From: an uncultured archaeon
GTDB taxonomy: Archaea; Iainarchaeota; Iainarchaeia; Iainarchaeales; CSSED10-239
Length of the DNA stretch: 28,797 nucleotides
Direction: 5' to 3'
Assembly (NCBI GenBank): GCA_964463155.1
Contig: CAYXAY010000006.1
Location: 2,346-31,142, forward strand
In this document: positions 14,781 to 22,829 of the stretch, one piece after another
Layout: each line of letters starts with the position of its first letter
How positions within the stretch are numbered: the first letter of the stretch is position 1
Translations under genes and position numbers: made by a program
Notes under the pieces: model-generated
Database searches by the model: none
What the model was told of the DNA's origin: nothing
The model's input: the letters and a program-made list of their open reading frames with translations, nothing else

Positions 14781-15704
14781 TTAATTTATAAAGCTAATTA
14801 TGTTCTTTTTTTCCACAATTCTTGTAATTATTTCCTTATAGATAGGAACATACGGAACAACCTTAATCTTTGATGAAAGCTTACCTCTCGGAGAAGAGAA
14901 AACATATATTTCTTTGATTATTGAATCATTTAATTTTTCAATAGCGTCTTCACTAAAAAGCCCATGTGTTGCTATAAGATAGATATTTTTTGCGCCCTTA
15001 AAGGCAAGGAAATTAGCAAACCTAATTATTATCTCTCCTGAAGCTATCCTGTTTCCAATAATTAAAATTTCTTTTCCATTAACACTTCTGTTTAATTCGA
15101 ATCCATTATCATTATTTTCGGAAATCTTGTTAACATAAACAAAATCACAGCCAATAACCTTTGCTATGTCTGTTGCCCTATCATTTAGTTCATAATCTAT
15201 TGTTGTTACTAACAGATTTTCGTTTTTTTTGAATTTTTCTTCTAAAATTCCAGAAAATATCTTTTTGATATTAATGTTATAGACAGGAATCTTAAAAGCA
15301 TTAACAAGCTGCGGAGAATAAATATCAAAGGTATAGATGGATGTAACACCAGAAGTCTGAAACAATCTCACAATAAGATTAAAATCAAGCTTATTAACGT
15401 GTTCGTCTAGTATTCTTGTGTATGGAAGATATGGTAGAATCAAATGTATGCTTCTTGCCCCAAGTTTTGTCAAAGAATCACAGATAAGATAAATCTGCAT
15501 TAACGAATCATTTACTGGAGAAATCACATTGTATATCAATAATATGTCTTTTTGTTGTACATGGCTTTTAATATCCACAAGAGTCTCAGAGCCATTAATT
15601 TTTTTGACATCCAAATTACCCAGAGGGATATTTGTGTCTGCAGATATTGTTGTTGCAAGAGCCATGTCTTTATTTGGCGCAAATAACAAATAATCTGTCT
15701 CCAT
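14781..15704 (-). CDS. Ribose-phosphate pyrophosphokinase (PRPP synthetase) homolog with divergent active-site motifs
   Basis: Collinear with Prs over its full length: SPVNDSLMQIYLICDSL...SIHLILPYLPYTR, TSIYTFDIYSPQ, and ILIIGNRIASGEII...GAKNIYLIATHGLFSEDAIEKL. However RQDR, DLHA and DD(I/M)(I/V)DT(G/A)GT are replaced (see findings). Confidence 0.8.
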   Translation of the reverse strand: METDYLLFAPNKDMALATTISADTNIPLGNLDVKKINGSETLVDIKSHVQQKDILLIYNVISPVNDSLMQIYLICDSLTKLGARSIHLILPYLPYTRILDEHVNKLDFNLIVRLFQTSGVTSIYTFDIYSPQLVNAFKIPVYNINIKKIFSGILEEKFKKNENLLVTTIDYELNDRATDIAKVIGCDFVYVNKISENNDNGFELNRSVNGKEILIIGNRIASGEIIIRFANFLAFKGAKNIYLIATHGLFSEDAIEKLNDSIIKEIYVFSSPRGKLSSKIKVVPYVPIYKEIITRIVEKKNIISFIN

Positions 15705-15772
15705 ATATTTATATTGGTTTGTAATATTTTTAAAATTATGCGTTTTTCTTTAAATTTACAAAAAAGTTGATA

Positions 15773-15787
15773 ATTGGGTTTTATATA
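15773..15787 (+). promoter_or_regulatory. Putative BRE/TATA promoter element (attgggttttatata) for the secretion-ATPase operon
   Basis: Identical 15-mer to 13112-13126. It ends 23 nt before the ATG at 15811, a leaderless geometry. Confidence 0.4.
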
Positions 15788-15810
15788 CCAAGAAAGTTCA
15801 AAAATCTATA

Positions 15811-17598
15811 ATGTATCTTAGATTAAAAGATGTTCTAAAAAAAGAACTAAAAGACAGAGATATCTTTAATAATTGCTATCAAAATCTGGATAAAAAAGAC
15901 ATTTCTGTGTTTAATTGTAGAAACTGTATTGATGCGGTTTGTATCAATGCTTGCAAGACAGGCGCAATAGCAAAATCCGAAAATGGAATAATAAACATTA
16001 ATTCCAAGTTATGCAAAAAATGTCTGGAATGCCAGGTGACTTGTCCAAATAATGCAATTGTCATAAAGAAAGGAATTCCAAGAAAATGCGATTTGTGCTT
16101 GAATAACTCGTATCTTATGCCATGTTATTATTCTAACAAAGACATCTTAGAGTTTGTAGATGACATCTCAACAACTTCTCTTCAATCAATTCTTGACAAA
16201 TATCTAGGATATGTAGTAACTCAAGAAAAAGCACAAAGAACTTTGTCCCTTGATTTTAAGGTGATTGAAACAACAGACAACAAGCAAAGATATGTTATAA
16301 GGCATCAAAAGCTATCAAGAGAGGAAATAAAAGTCATTAATGATATCCTTGATTCTTATAAATTTAAGACAATAGAAGAAACAGACACAGAAAACAGCGT
16401 AAGAAAGGATTTAGAAGACGAATTAATAGATTATTGTCTAAACAACAACATTGAACTTGACAATGACCAATTCCAATACCTCTTGGAAATGGCATACACA
16501 AATCTATATGAACACGGCCCATTAACCCAATTATTAAATGATTTTAATCTTGAGGAAATCGCAATAATTGGAGTCAACTACCCGGTCTTTGTCTATCACC
16601 GACATTATGGTTGGCTCGAAACAAATTTAAAATATGTTTCTGAGCAGAAATTAAAAGACCTAATAAACAAACTTGGTTGGTATTCTAACAAATATATAAC
16701 CTTAAAAAATCCAATAATGGATGCAACATTAAAAGACCATACAAGACTTAACGCCATAATCTCTCCAATAACTGAAAATGTTTGTTTAACTATAAGAAAG
16801 TTTTCAGAGACTCCTTTTACAATCTATGACATTGTTAAAAACAATACAATAACAGAAAAAGCACTTGCTTTTCTTAAACTTGTTTTTCTAACAGATGCAA
16901 ATGTGTTTGTTATTGGTAACACTGGCTCAGGAAAAACAACAACATTAAACGCACTTTTAGATTTTGTTCCAACACAGCAAAGAGTAGTGATAGTTGAAGA
17001 GGTTCATGAGATAAATATCTCTCATCCACACCAAGTTCAGACAACAGTTAACAAGGAGCTTGGAATAACAATGGACAATCTAATAATTAACACCTTAAGA
17101 ATGAGGCCAGATAAGGTTGTTATTGGCGAAGTAAGAACAAAAGAAGAAACCTATTCTCTTATAGATTCTCTTCTTTGTGGGCAAGCAAAAGGCACCTACA
17201 CAACCTTTCATGCACAGTCAGCAAATGATGCTGTATTAAGGTTATTATCTTATGGAGTTTTAGAATCAGATATTTCAGCAATTGACCTGATGGTTACTCA
17301 AAGACGATATAATGAATATTTTGATATCAAAAACAATGACAACAGCAAAGATCAAAGAAAAGTCTTTGAGATAACAGAAATAAATTTTGAAAAAGGAAAG
17401 ATAAAAGCCAACAAAATATTTGAATATGATCTTAAAAGAAAAGAACTTGTGTTTAGAAACTATCCAAAAAAACTAATGTCAAAATTACAGATAAGCTTTG
17501 GAATAAAAGACAAAGAAGAACTTGACAAAAGACTAAAAGAAGAAGAGCAAGAGATTTTCTCAAAAACAAAAAGCAGAAAAAAATATGAAATTAAGTAA
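15811..17598 (+). CDS. Type II/IV secretion-system ATPase (FlaI/TadA/VirB11 superfamily) with an N-terminal ferredoxin-like Cys-cluster domain
   Basis: Walker A GNTGSGKTT (16915-16941), RVVIVEEVHEI (Asp-box-like), LRMRPDKVVIGEVR (Walker B) and TYTTFHAQSANDAVLRL (His box). N-terminal aa 36-105 carry CxxCxxxxCxxxC, CxxCxxCxxxCP and CxxCx8C. Confidence 0.88.
   Translation: MYLRLKDVLKKELKDRDIFNNCYQNLDKKDISVFNCRNCIDAVCINACKTGAIAKSENGIININSKLCKKCLECQVTCPNNAIVIKKGIPRKCDLCLNNSYLMPCYYSNKDILEFVDDISTTSLQSILDKYLGYVVTQEKAQRTLSLDFKVIETTDNKQRYVIRHQKLSREEIKVINDILDSYKFKTIEETDTENSVRKDLEDELIDYCLNNNIELDNDQFQYLLEMAYTNLYEHGPLTQLLNDFNLEEIAIIGVNYPVFVYHRHYGWLETNLKYVSEQKLKDLINKLGWYSNKYITLKNPIMDATLKDHTRLNAIISPITENVCLTIRKFSETPFTIYDIVKNNTITEKALAFLKLVFLTDANVFVIGNTGSGKTTTLNALLDFVPTQQRVVIVEEVHEINISHPHQVQTTVNKELGITMDNLIINTLRMRPDKVVIGEVRTKEETYSLIDSLLCGQAKGTYTTFHAQSANDAVLRLLSYGVLESDISAIDLMVTQRRYNEYFDIKNNDNSKDQRKVFEITEINFEKGKIKANKIFEYDLKRKELVFRNYPKKLMSKLQISFGIKDKEELDKRLKEEEQEIFSKTKSRKKYEIK
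15916..16125 (+). other. Ferredoxin-like poly-cysteine domain (putative 2x[4Fe-4S] plus extra Cys triad) within CDS 15811-17598
   Basis: CRNCIDAVCINAC (C36/39/44/48), CKKCLECQVTCP (C68/71/74/78-Pro, the canonical 4Fe-4S motif) and CDLC...PC (C93/96/105). Confidence 0.65.
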
Positions 17599-18301
17599 GC
17601 CAATAATAATCTATTCAATAATCTTTGTAAGCATTTGTATTGTTTTCGTTTTAGTCAATTTTATATTTGACATATCTATCAATTATCTCTTGTATTCGCA
17701 ATTGATGTCATTTGTTTTGTTTTTTTCAATAATCTTTTTCATAAAAAGAATAAAGCAACAGGATGACAGGACAAGGATATTAAGGGAGCTTCCGTTCTTT
17801 CTAAACAATCTTGCAAGCGACATAGAAAAGAACGTTCCATTAAAACTTTCCTTGGAGAACCGTGCAAAACAAAACTCAGTTATAGGAAAAAGAATAGCTC
17901 AGGCGTTGTTGCTGGTTACCAAAAAAGGATATAATCTTGAGATCGCTTTAGAGGAAACAACAAAAAACAATAAGGAGCTGCAAAGAGTAATCTACCAGAT
18001 AAACGATATACTTTCAAGTGGAACAAAAAACAAGGCAGAGACCTTTAGAATACTTTCAAATAACTTTTCTGAACAGCAAAGCCTTGCAATAAAGAACTAT
18101 TCAACAAAGCTTAATTTTCTTTCTTTGGTTTTTGTGGTGGCTTCTGCAATTGTTCCTGCACTTTTCTTGATGTTTTTTCTTGTTGGCAGCAATTTCTTTG
18201 AGATAAGCATTTCTCCTTTTGGAATCATCATGATAACGGTTGTGGTGTTTCCAATAATTGATATGTTTATTCTTTTATTTATGAGGGCGAGTTTGGTGTG
18301 A
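17585..18301 (+). CDS. Pilus/secretion platform membrane protein, T2SS-F (TadB/TadC/FlaJ-like) single-domain
   Basis: Two N-terminal TM helices, a ~110-aa cytoplasmic helical domain with the T2SS-F-like pattern (LPFFLNNLASDIEKNVPL..SLE....G..LE.ALEE), then two C-terminal TM helices. Overlaps the ATPase gene by 14 nt. Confidence 0.62.
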   Translation: MKLSKPIIIYSIIFVSICIVFVLVNFIFDISINYLLYSQLMSFVLFFSIIFFIKRIKQQDDRTRILRELPFFLNNLASDIEKNVPLKLSLENRAKQNSVIGKRIAQALLLVTKKGYNLEIALEETTKNNKELQRVIYQINDILSSGTKNKAETFRILSNNFSEQQSLAIKNYSTKLNFLSLVFVVASAIVPALFLMFFLVGSNFFEISISPFGIIMITVVVFPIIDMFILLFMRASLV

Positions 18302-18302
18302 T

Positions 18303-19127
18303 ATGGAGTTTAACAAAAAGATTGCTGTTTTTGTGTTTGTAAGTCTACTAGTGGTTTGCATGTTGTTTTTATTTTTTAAATTACGCTTGGTTCTTTGTCT
18401 AATAATTGTTATTGTTCTAAATTATGTTTGCTATATGGTCTTTGAATTATTCAAAAAATATATGTTTAATATTAAGAAAAAGAAACTTGAAATGGCATTG
18501 ATTGATGAGGTCTTGCTTTTATCAAGCCAACCAAGAACAAACGATATCAAGCAGATGCTTTTTAAACTATCAAACTCAAGGTACAAAATCATACAACAAG
18601 AGTTTAAAGTCATATTAAGAAAAATAGAAAACGGGCATAATGTAAAGGAATTGTTTTATGTTCTTTCAAGAAAATATAATTCAGAGATATTAGATAGGTT
18701 TTTGGAACTGTTAAGCAATTCAATAACAACAGGAACAGTTTCGGTTTCAGATTACCGAACATTTTCAAGCAATTTTTTAAAATCCAAGCAATTGATTGAT
18801 GAAAGAGCATCGGCATTGTTGATGCAAAAATACACAATAATGTTTGCAGGGGGCCTGATTGTTCCGGGAATACTTGGCGTAGTGATTTCTCTTGTAAGAA
18901 AATTGTCACAAAATCTGGATTTTACGTTAATCCAGCAATTCCAATCCCAATCGTCCTTATTTACAATATGTTATGTCTGCTCAATAATATATGTGATTGA
19001 ATATGTAATTATATCCGCGATATATTTAGCAATGCTTGAATCTGATATAAAAAAAACAATAATATATTTGGTTTTGATGCTTCCTATTGCAGTCTCAATA
19101 TTCTTTCTTGGACACCTAATTATTTAA
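18303..19127 (+). CDS. Second T2SS-F (TadB/TadC/FlaJ-like) platform membrane protein
   Basis: Same TM, helical-domain, TM architecture as the preceding gene (...KIENGHNVKELFYVLSRKY...LELLSNSITTGT...). Starts 1 nt after the preceding stop. Confidence 0.58.
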   Translation: MEFNKKIAVFVFVSLLVVCMLFLFFKLRLVLCLIIVIVLNYVCYMVFELFKKYMFNIKKKKLEMALIDEVLLLSSQPRTNDIKQMLFKLSNSRYKIIQQEFKVILRKIENGHNVKELFYVLSRKYNSEILDRFLELLSNSITTGTVSVSDYRTFSSNFLKSKQLIDERASALLMQKYTIMFAGGLIVPGILGVVISLVRKLSQNLDFTLIQQFQSQSSLFTICYVCSIIYVIEYVIISAIYLAMLESDIKKTIIYLVLMLPIAVSIFFLGHLII

Positions 19128-19168
19128 GTTTTATAAATAGTATTGTATCTAAGATTATAGACAAGAAC

Positions 19169-19762
19169 ATGTTTGAAACAATATTTGGTTTTTTCATAAG
19201 TCACATAAATTATCTTTCAATATTTCTACTTATGACTATTGGAAGTTCGTTTATACCTTTTCCTTCAGAAGTCATTATGATTCCTGCAGGATATCTTTCA
19301 CAACAAGGTGCCTTAAACATCTGGCTATCAATCCTTATGGGCACACTTGGTTCTATTTTTGGTGCAGTAATCAACTACATCATAGGAAAATACATAGGAA
19401 GAGAAATAATATTAAAACACAAGAAACTACTTTTCATAAACGAAAAGCATTTACACGCCACAGAAGAATTCTTTGGAAAGCAAGGGGCAAAGACAACATT
19501 TGTTGGAAGACTAATACCAGTAATCAGACAATACATTTCCATTCCTGCTGGTTTTGCAAACATGCATTTTGGGAAATTTATACTTTATACAGGAATTGGT
19601 GCAGGAATTTGGGTAATTTTCCTTACATTTCTAGGGTATTATGTTGGACAGTCTGCAGCAGTAAGCATAGTAAGTTTAATTAATATTATTGTAATCTTTG
19701 CTATAGCAATAGTAATTGGGATATTTGTACTATATAAGATTCAAAAATCAAATAAACATTAA
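19169..19762 (+). CDS. DedA/SNARE-associated family membrane protein
   Basis: SFIPFPSEVIMIPAGYL and VGRLIPVIRQYISIPAG are the two characteristic DedA re-entrant-loop signatures. 197 aa, about 4-5 TM. Confidence 0.8.
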   Translation: MFETIFGFFISHINYLSIFLLMTIGSSFIPFPSEVIMIPAGYLSQQGALNIWLSILMGTLGSIFGAVINYIIGKYIGREIILKHKKLLFINEKHLHATEEFFGKQGAKTTFVGRLIPVIRQYISIPAGFANMHFGKFILYTGIGAGIWVIFLTFLGYYVGQSAAVSIVSLINIIVIFAIAIVIGIFVLYKIQKSNKH

Positions 19763-19812
19763 TATATATAAACATTTTGTAGATAAAATACTAATATAAG
19801 CAGTCGATTTTT

Positions 19813-19884
19813 GCCCTAGTAGTCTATCGGTTAGGATGCAACCCTGTCGAGGTTGTGGGATGGGTCCGACTCCCGTCTAGGGCG
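19813..19884 (+). tRNA. tRNA-Asp (anticodon GUC)
   Basis: Acceptor GCCCTAG/CTAGGGC is perfect. Anticodon stem CAACC/GGTTG with loop CTGTCGA (GUC, G37). T arm ATGGG-TCCGACT-CCCGT. Discriminator G, no CCA. The T loop is atypical (C at position 55 in my fold). Confidence 0.8.
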
Positions 19885-19946
19885 CTCTTATTTTAAACTT
19901 TAAATATGTTTATAAGATTTTATATTTTAGATATAGATATAAGTTG

Positions 19947-21023
19947 ATGATTATGATTACTGGACTTGCAATTTTAGATAAAATGTTATGGGGCAATAGC
20001 GTAGCCACATATCTCTTGTTTATTATATATGTGGTTGTTGGTTTTGTTTTTATTAAGTTAATCTCTTTTGCATTCAATAGACTTTTTAAGAAACAAGAAG
20101 AGAACCTAAGCAGGTATGAAGTCATCTTTAATGTATTAAGAAACCCTGAACCAATATTGTTTATTATTTTTGTTGCTATATTGAGAGGAGCAACAAAGGT
20201 ATTTTATACATCAACAGGTCTTGCAATAGCTCTTGATAAGATAACATTCTCTCTTTATGTGTTGTTTGCAGCATGGTTGTTAATAAAGATATTAATAAGA
20301 GTTATAGAAAAATACCTAAGAAAATACACAGACGAAACAGAGGAAATAAGCAGGTATGAATATCTAAGGCCACTTATAAAAACATTAATCAGAATATTTA
20401 TTTTCATAATTGCAGCACTATTAATAATCTCAAACCTTGGTTACAACGTCAATGGACTAATCGCGGGACTTGGAATCGGCGGTATTGCAATAGCGTTAGC
20501 ATCAAAAGACCTTCTTGAAAACTTCTTTTCCGGAGTAGTAATCTATACCGAAAAATCATTTAAGATTGGAGACATTGTCAAAGCAGACAATGGGGAAATA
20601 TTTGGAGAAGTTAAAGAGATAGGCATAAGAACAACAAAGATTGAATCTTTTGACGGGACCATGCACACTGTTCCAAACACAATGCTTTCTGCAAGAACCA
20701 TAGAAAACAGAACATCAATGCCAGCCAGAAGGGTTGTTGCAACATTATCGTTATCAATCAAGTCAACACCTGAACAAATAGATAAAGCAAAAAAGATAAT
20801 TGAACAAGCAATACATAAAAAACAAAAAACAAAGGAACTTACTACAGAATATCATGTGTTTTTTGACAAATATTCTCAGTTTTCGTTGGATATCACATAC
20901 ATCTATTGGTTAAACAAAGACATAGATTATTGGGAACAGATGACAGTAAAGGACTTTGTAAACATAGAAATTAAAAAAGAACTTGACAAGGCAAAGATTG
21001 AACTTGCAAGTTTTAAAATCTAA
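19947..21023 (+). CDS. Small-conductance mechanosensitive channel (MscS family)
   Basis: The pore-helix/beta-domain signature GLGIGGIAIALASKDLLENFFSGVVIYTEKSFKIGDIV...GEVKEIGIRTTKIESFDGTMHTVPN is typical MscS. First ATG is at 19947; the track starts at TTG 19944. Confidence 0.85.
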   Translation: MIMITGLAILDKMLWGNSVATYLLFIIYVVVGFVFIKLISFAFNRLFKKQEENLSRYEVIFNVLRNPEPILFIIFVAILRGATKVFYTSTGLAIALDKITFSLYVLFAAWLLIKILIRVIEKYLRKYTDETEEISRYEYLRPLIKTLIRIFIFIIAALLIISNLGYNVNGLIAGLGIGGIAIALASKDLLENFFSGVVIYTEKSFKIGDIVKADNGEIFGEVKEIGIRTTKIESFDGTMHTVPNTMLSARTIENRTSMPARRVVATLSLSIKSTPEQIDKAKKIIEQAIHKKQKTKELTTEYHVFFDKYSQFSLDITYIYWLNKDIDYWEQMTVKDFVNIEIKKELDKAKIELASFKI

Positions 21024-21030
21024 AATCATT

Positions 21031-21654
21031 ATGGCGCAAGATACTCCCGAAAAGGAATTTGAAAATCCAAATGATTTCTATAAAATTGAAGAAGCAAAAA
21101 GATATGAAACAAACTCAGGGATGAAAAGAACACAAACCGAATTAACAAAAATCGTTCTTGAACTTTTTATTGAAGAAACAAAAAACAAACAAAAGGAAAT
21201 ATCCATTCTTGACATAGGTTGCGGAACTGGTTTTTCTTTGGAGTTTTTAAAGCAAAATAAATACAATAATCTAATTGGAATTGAACCCGCAAAAAAAATG
21301 CTTGACTTTGCAAAGAAAAAAGGATTTAAGGTTTATTCTGGTGGTTTTCTAGATATTCCAAAGGATGTTAAAAACAAAAAATTTGATTTAATCATTTCTG
21401 TTTCCGCTCTTCAATGGATTTTAACAAACAAGCAGGAAATGGAGATAAAAAACATTTCAAAGGCACTTGGTAAAGAGCTAAAAGGGCTTTTAGCAAAGGA
21501 TGGGATTGCAGTAATCCAATATTATCCCCCAAAAAACAAAATATCAGAAATCCTTCTTTCTGGTTTTGAAAGAACAGGTCTAAAAGCAAGAGAATATCTA
21601 TACAATAAGGGAAACTCTAAGAAAGAAAAGCACATACTTATTATTAAAAACTAA
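21031..21654 (+). CDS. SAM-dependent methyltransferase, Bud23/WBSCR22-like (putative SSU rRNA guanine-N7 methyltransferase)
   Basis: PEKEF..PNDFYKIEEAKRYETNSGMKRTQTELT..VLELF, ILDIGCGTGFS, ISVSALQW, QYYP and NSKKEKHILI follow the Bud23 family order. I chose ATG 21031 rather than the tracked 20983 start, which overlaps mscS by 41 nt. Confidence 0.72.
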   Translation: MAQDTPEKEFENPNDFYKIEEAKRYETNSGMKRTQTELTKIVLELFIEETKNKQKEISILDIGCGTGFSLEFLKQNKYNNLIGIEPAKKMLDFAKKKGFKVYSGGFLDIPKDVKNKKFDLIISVSALQWILTNKQEMEIKNISKALGKELKGLLAKDGIAVIQYYPPKNKISEILLSGFERTGLKAREYLYNKGNSKKEKHILIIKN

Positions 21655-21754
21655 CCTAAAAACCAATTTAATTTGCCTTTCTTAAAAGCAAGCTTTAAAT
21701 ACCTAATTGTAATATATTATAATTACAAGATTAATGATTGGAAAGGAGATAATT

Positions 21755-22732
21755 ATGAACAAAATAATTTTAACAATTTTAGGAATACTTCTAATATCTG
21801 GACTAGTTTTTGCAGCAGATAGTGAATATATTACTATCAAAACAGACAATTACAATGTCAATATTGAATCGCCACTTGTAATGGATCTTGTAAGCAATTA
21901 CACAATAACTCCAACATCAATTAAGATTAGAACCGGAAATGATGTTAGTATTGTAAGTGGGCAATCATTAATCTCAAAATATAATTTTACAAACAAACTT
22001 GATTATTCAGTTGTTGGAAGATATGAATTAAAATTAGGGATAACAGACAACACCCAATTACAGAATCTTGGAATATATGTTGCAGAAGCTTTGCCAGAAG
22101 TTGATTGTATTGGCAAAGGCGGAGAAATATTAAAGTACAATAACAACAGAATCAAAGTAACAAACACAGAAAGCACAACAAACACAGAATTGTATCTTTG
22201 TTACGCCATGAAGAAAATGGATTATTATCTTGATGCGGACAAACTAGTTCTTGATATGGTAATTGAACCAGGAACAAACTCAAGATATGTTTTGTTTGTT
22301 ACGACTCCTGCGCTTTCATTTAAGGATACAAGCTTGAAGTTTCAAGATTCAATAAAGATAAAAAACACTACTGATCAGGATTTAACAAAACTAAGCATAA
22401 GCTCAGAAGCTAAAATTAACAAAAACAAATTTGGACCAATAACAATGGCAAACACAGAAAACTCAGAGGAATTAAAACAATTACGTGCATATAATAACCA
22501 AGTGGGGTACACAAAGGCAAACTCTAACTACAACACAAGAGACGTTGTTACTGGAGAAAAGGAAACACAAGGCTTGTCAGGAAAAGCAGACAGCTTAAAA
22601 AGCAATGCAACAGCATTACTTACCTTGACACCCACCAAGGGAATCATAATTGGTCTTGGGGTTCTTGCAATAATCGGTCTTGCATTATTTGTCTACAGCA
22701 GAAAAAATAAAGATCTTTCAGATGTGCATTAG
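21755..22732 (+). CDS. Secreted surface protein with N-terminal signal peptide and C-terminal TM anchor plus basic tail
   Basis: ATG 21755 is preceded by ggaaaggag (SD-like). MNKIILTILGILLISGLVFA is signal-like. The C-terminus GIIIGLGVLAIIGLALFVYSRKNK is a TM followed by basic residues. No catalytic motif recognised. Confidence 0.6.
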   Translation: MNKIILTILGILLISGLVFAADSEYITIKTDNYNVNIESPLVMDLVSNYTITPTSIKIRTGNDVSIVSGQSLISKYNFTNKLDYSVVGRYELKLGITDNTQLQNLGIYVAEALPEVDCIGKGGEILKYNNNRIKVTNTESTTNTELYLCYAMKKMDYYLDADKLVLDMVIEPGTNSRYVLFVTTPALSFKDTSLKFQDSIKIKNTTDQDLTKLSISSEAKINKNKFGPITMANTENSEELKQLRAYNNQVGYTKANSNYNTRDVVTGEKETQGLSGKADSLKSNATALLTLTPTKGIIIGLGVLAIIGLALFVYSRKNKDLSDVH

Positions 22733-22829
22733 TTTAATGCGCGTCTTTTCCGTTCCTCTTTTTTATAAACAATTTCTTTTTAATTATTTATATTCACTAA
22801 TATTATATTATATTTTTGTGTGATTATTG

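Noticed and set aside
20983-21030. Upstream extension of the Bud23-like methyltransferase ORF, overlapping mscS by 41 nt
   Set aside because: The extension (MTRQRLNLQVLKSKII) has no counterpart in the family. The ATG at 21031 begins directly at the conserved PE..F..FY..EA.RY region and removes the overlap.
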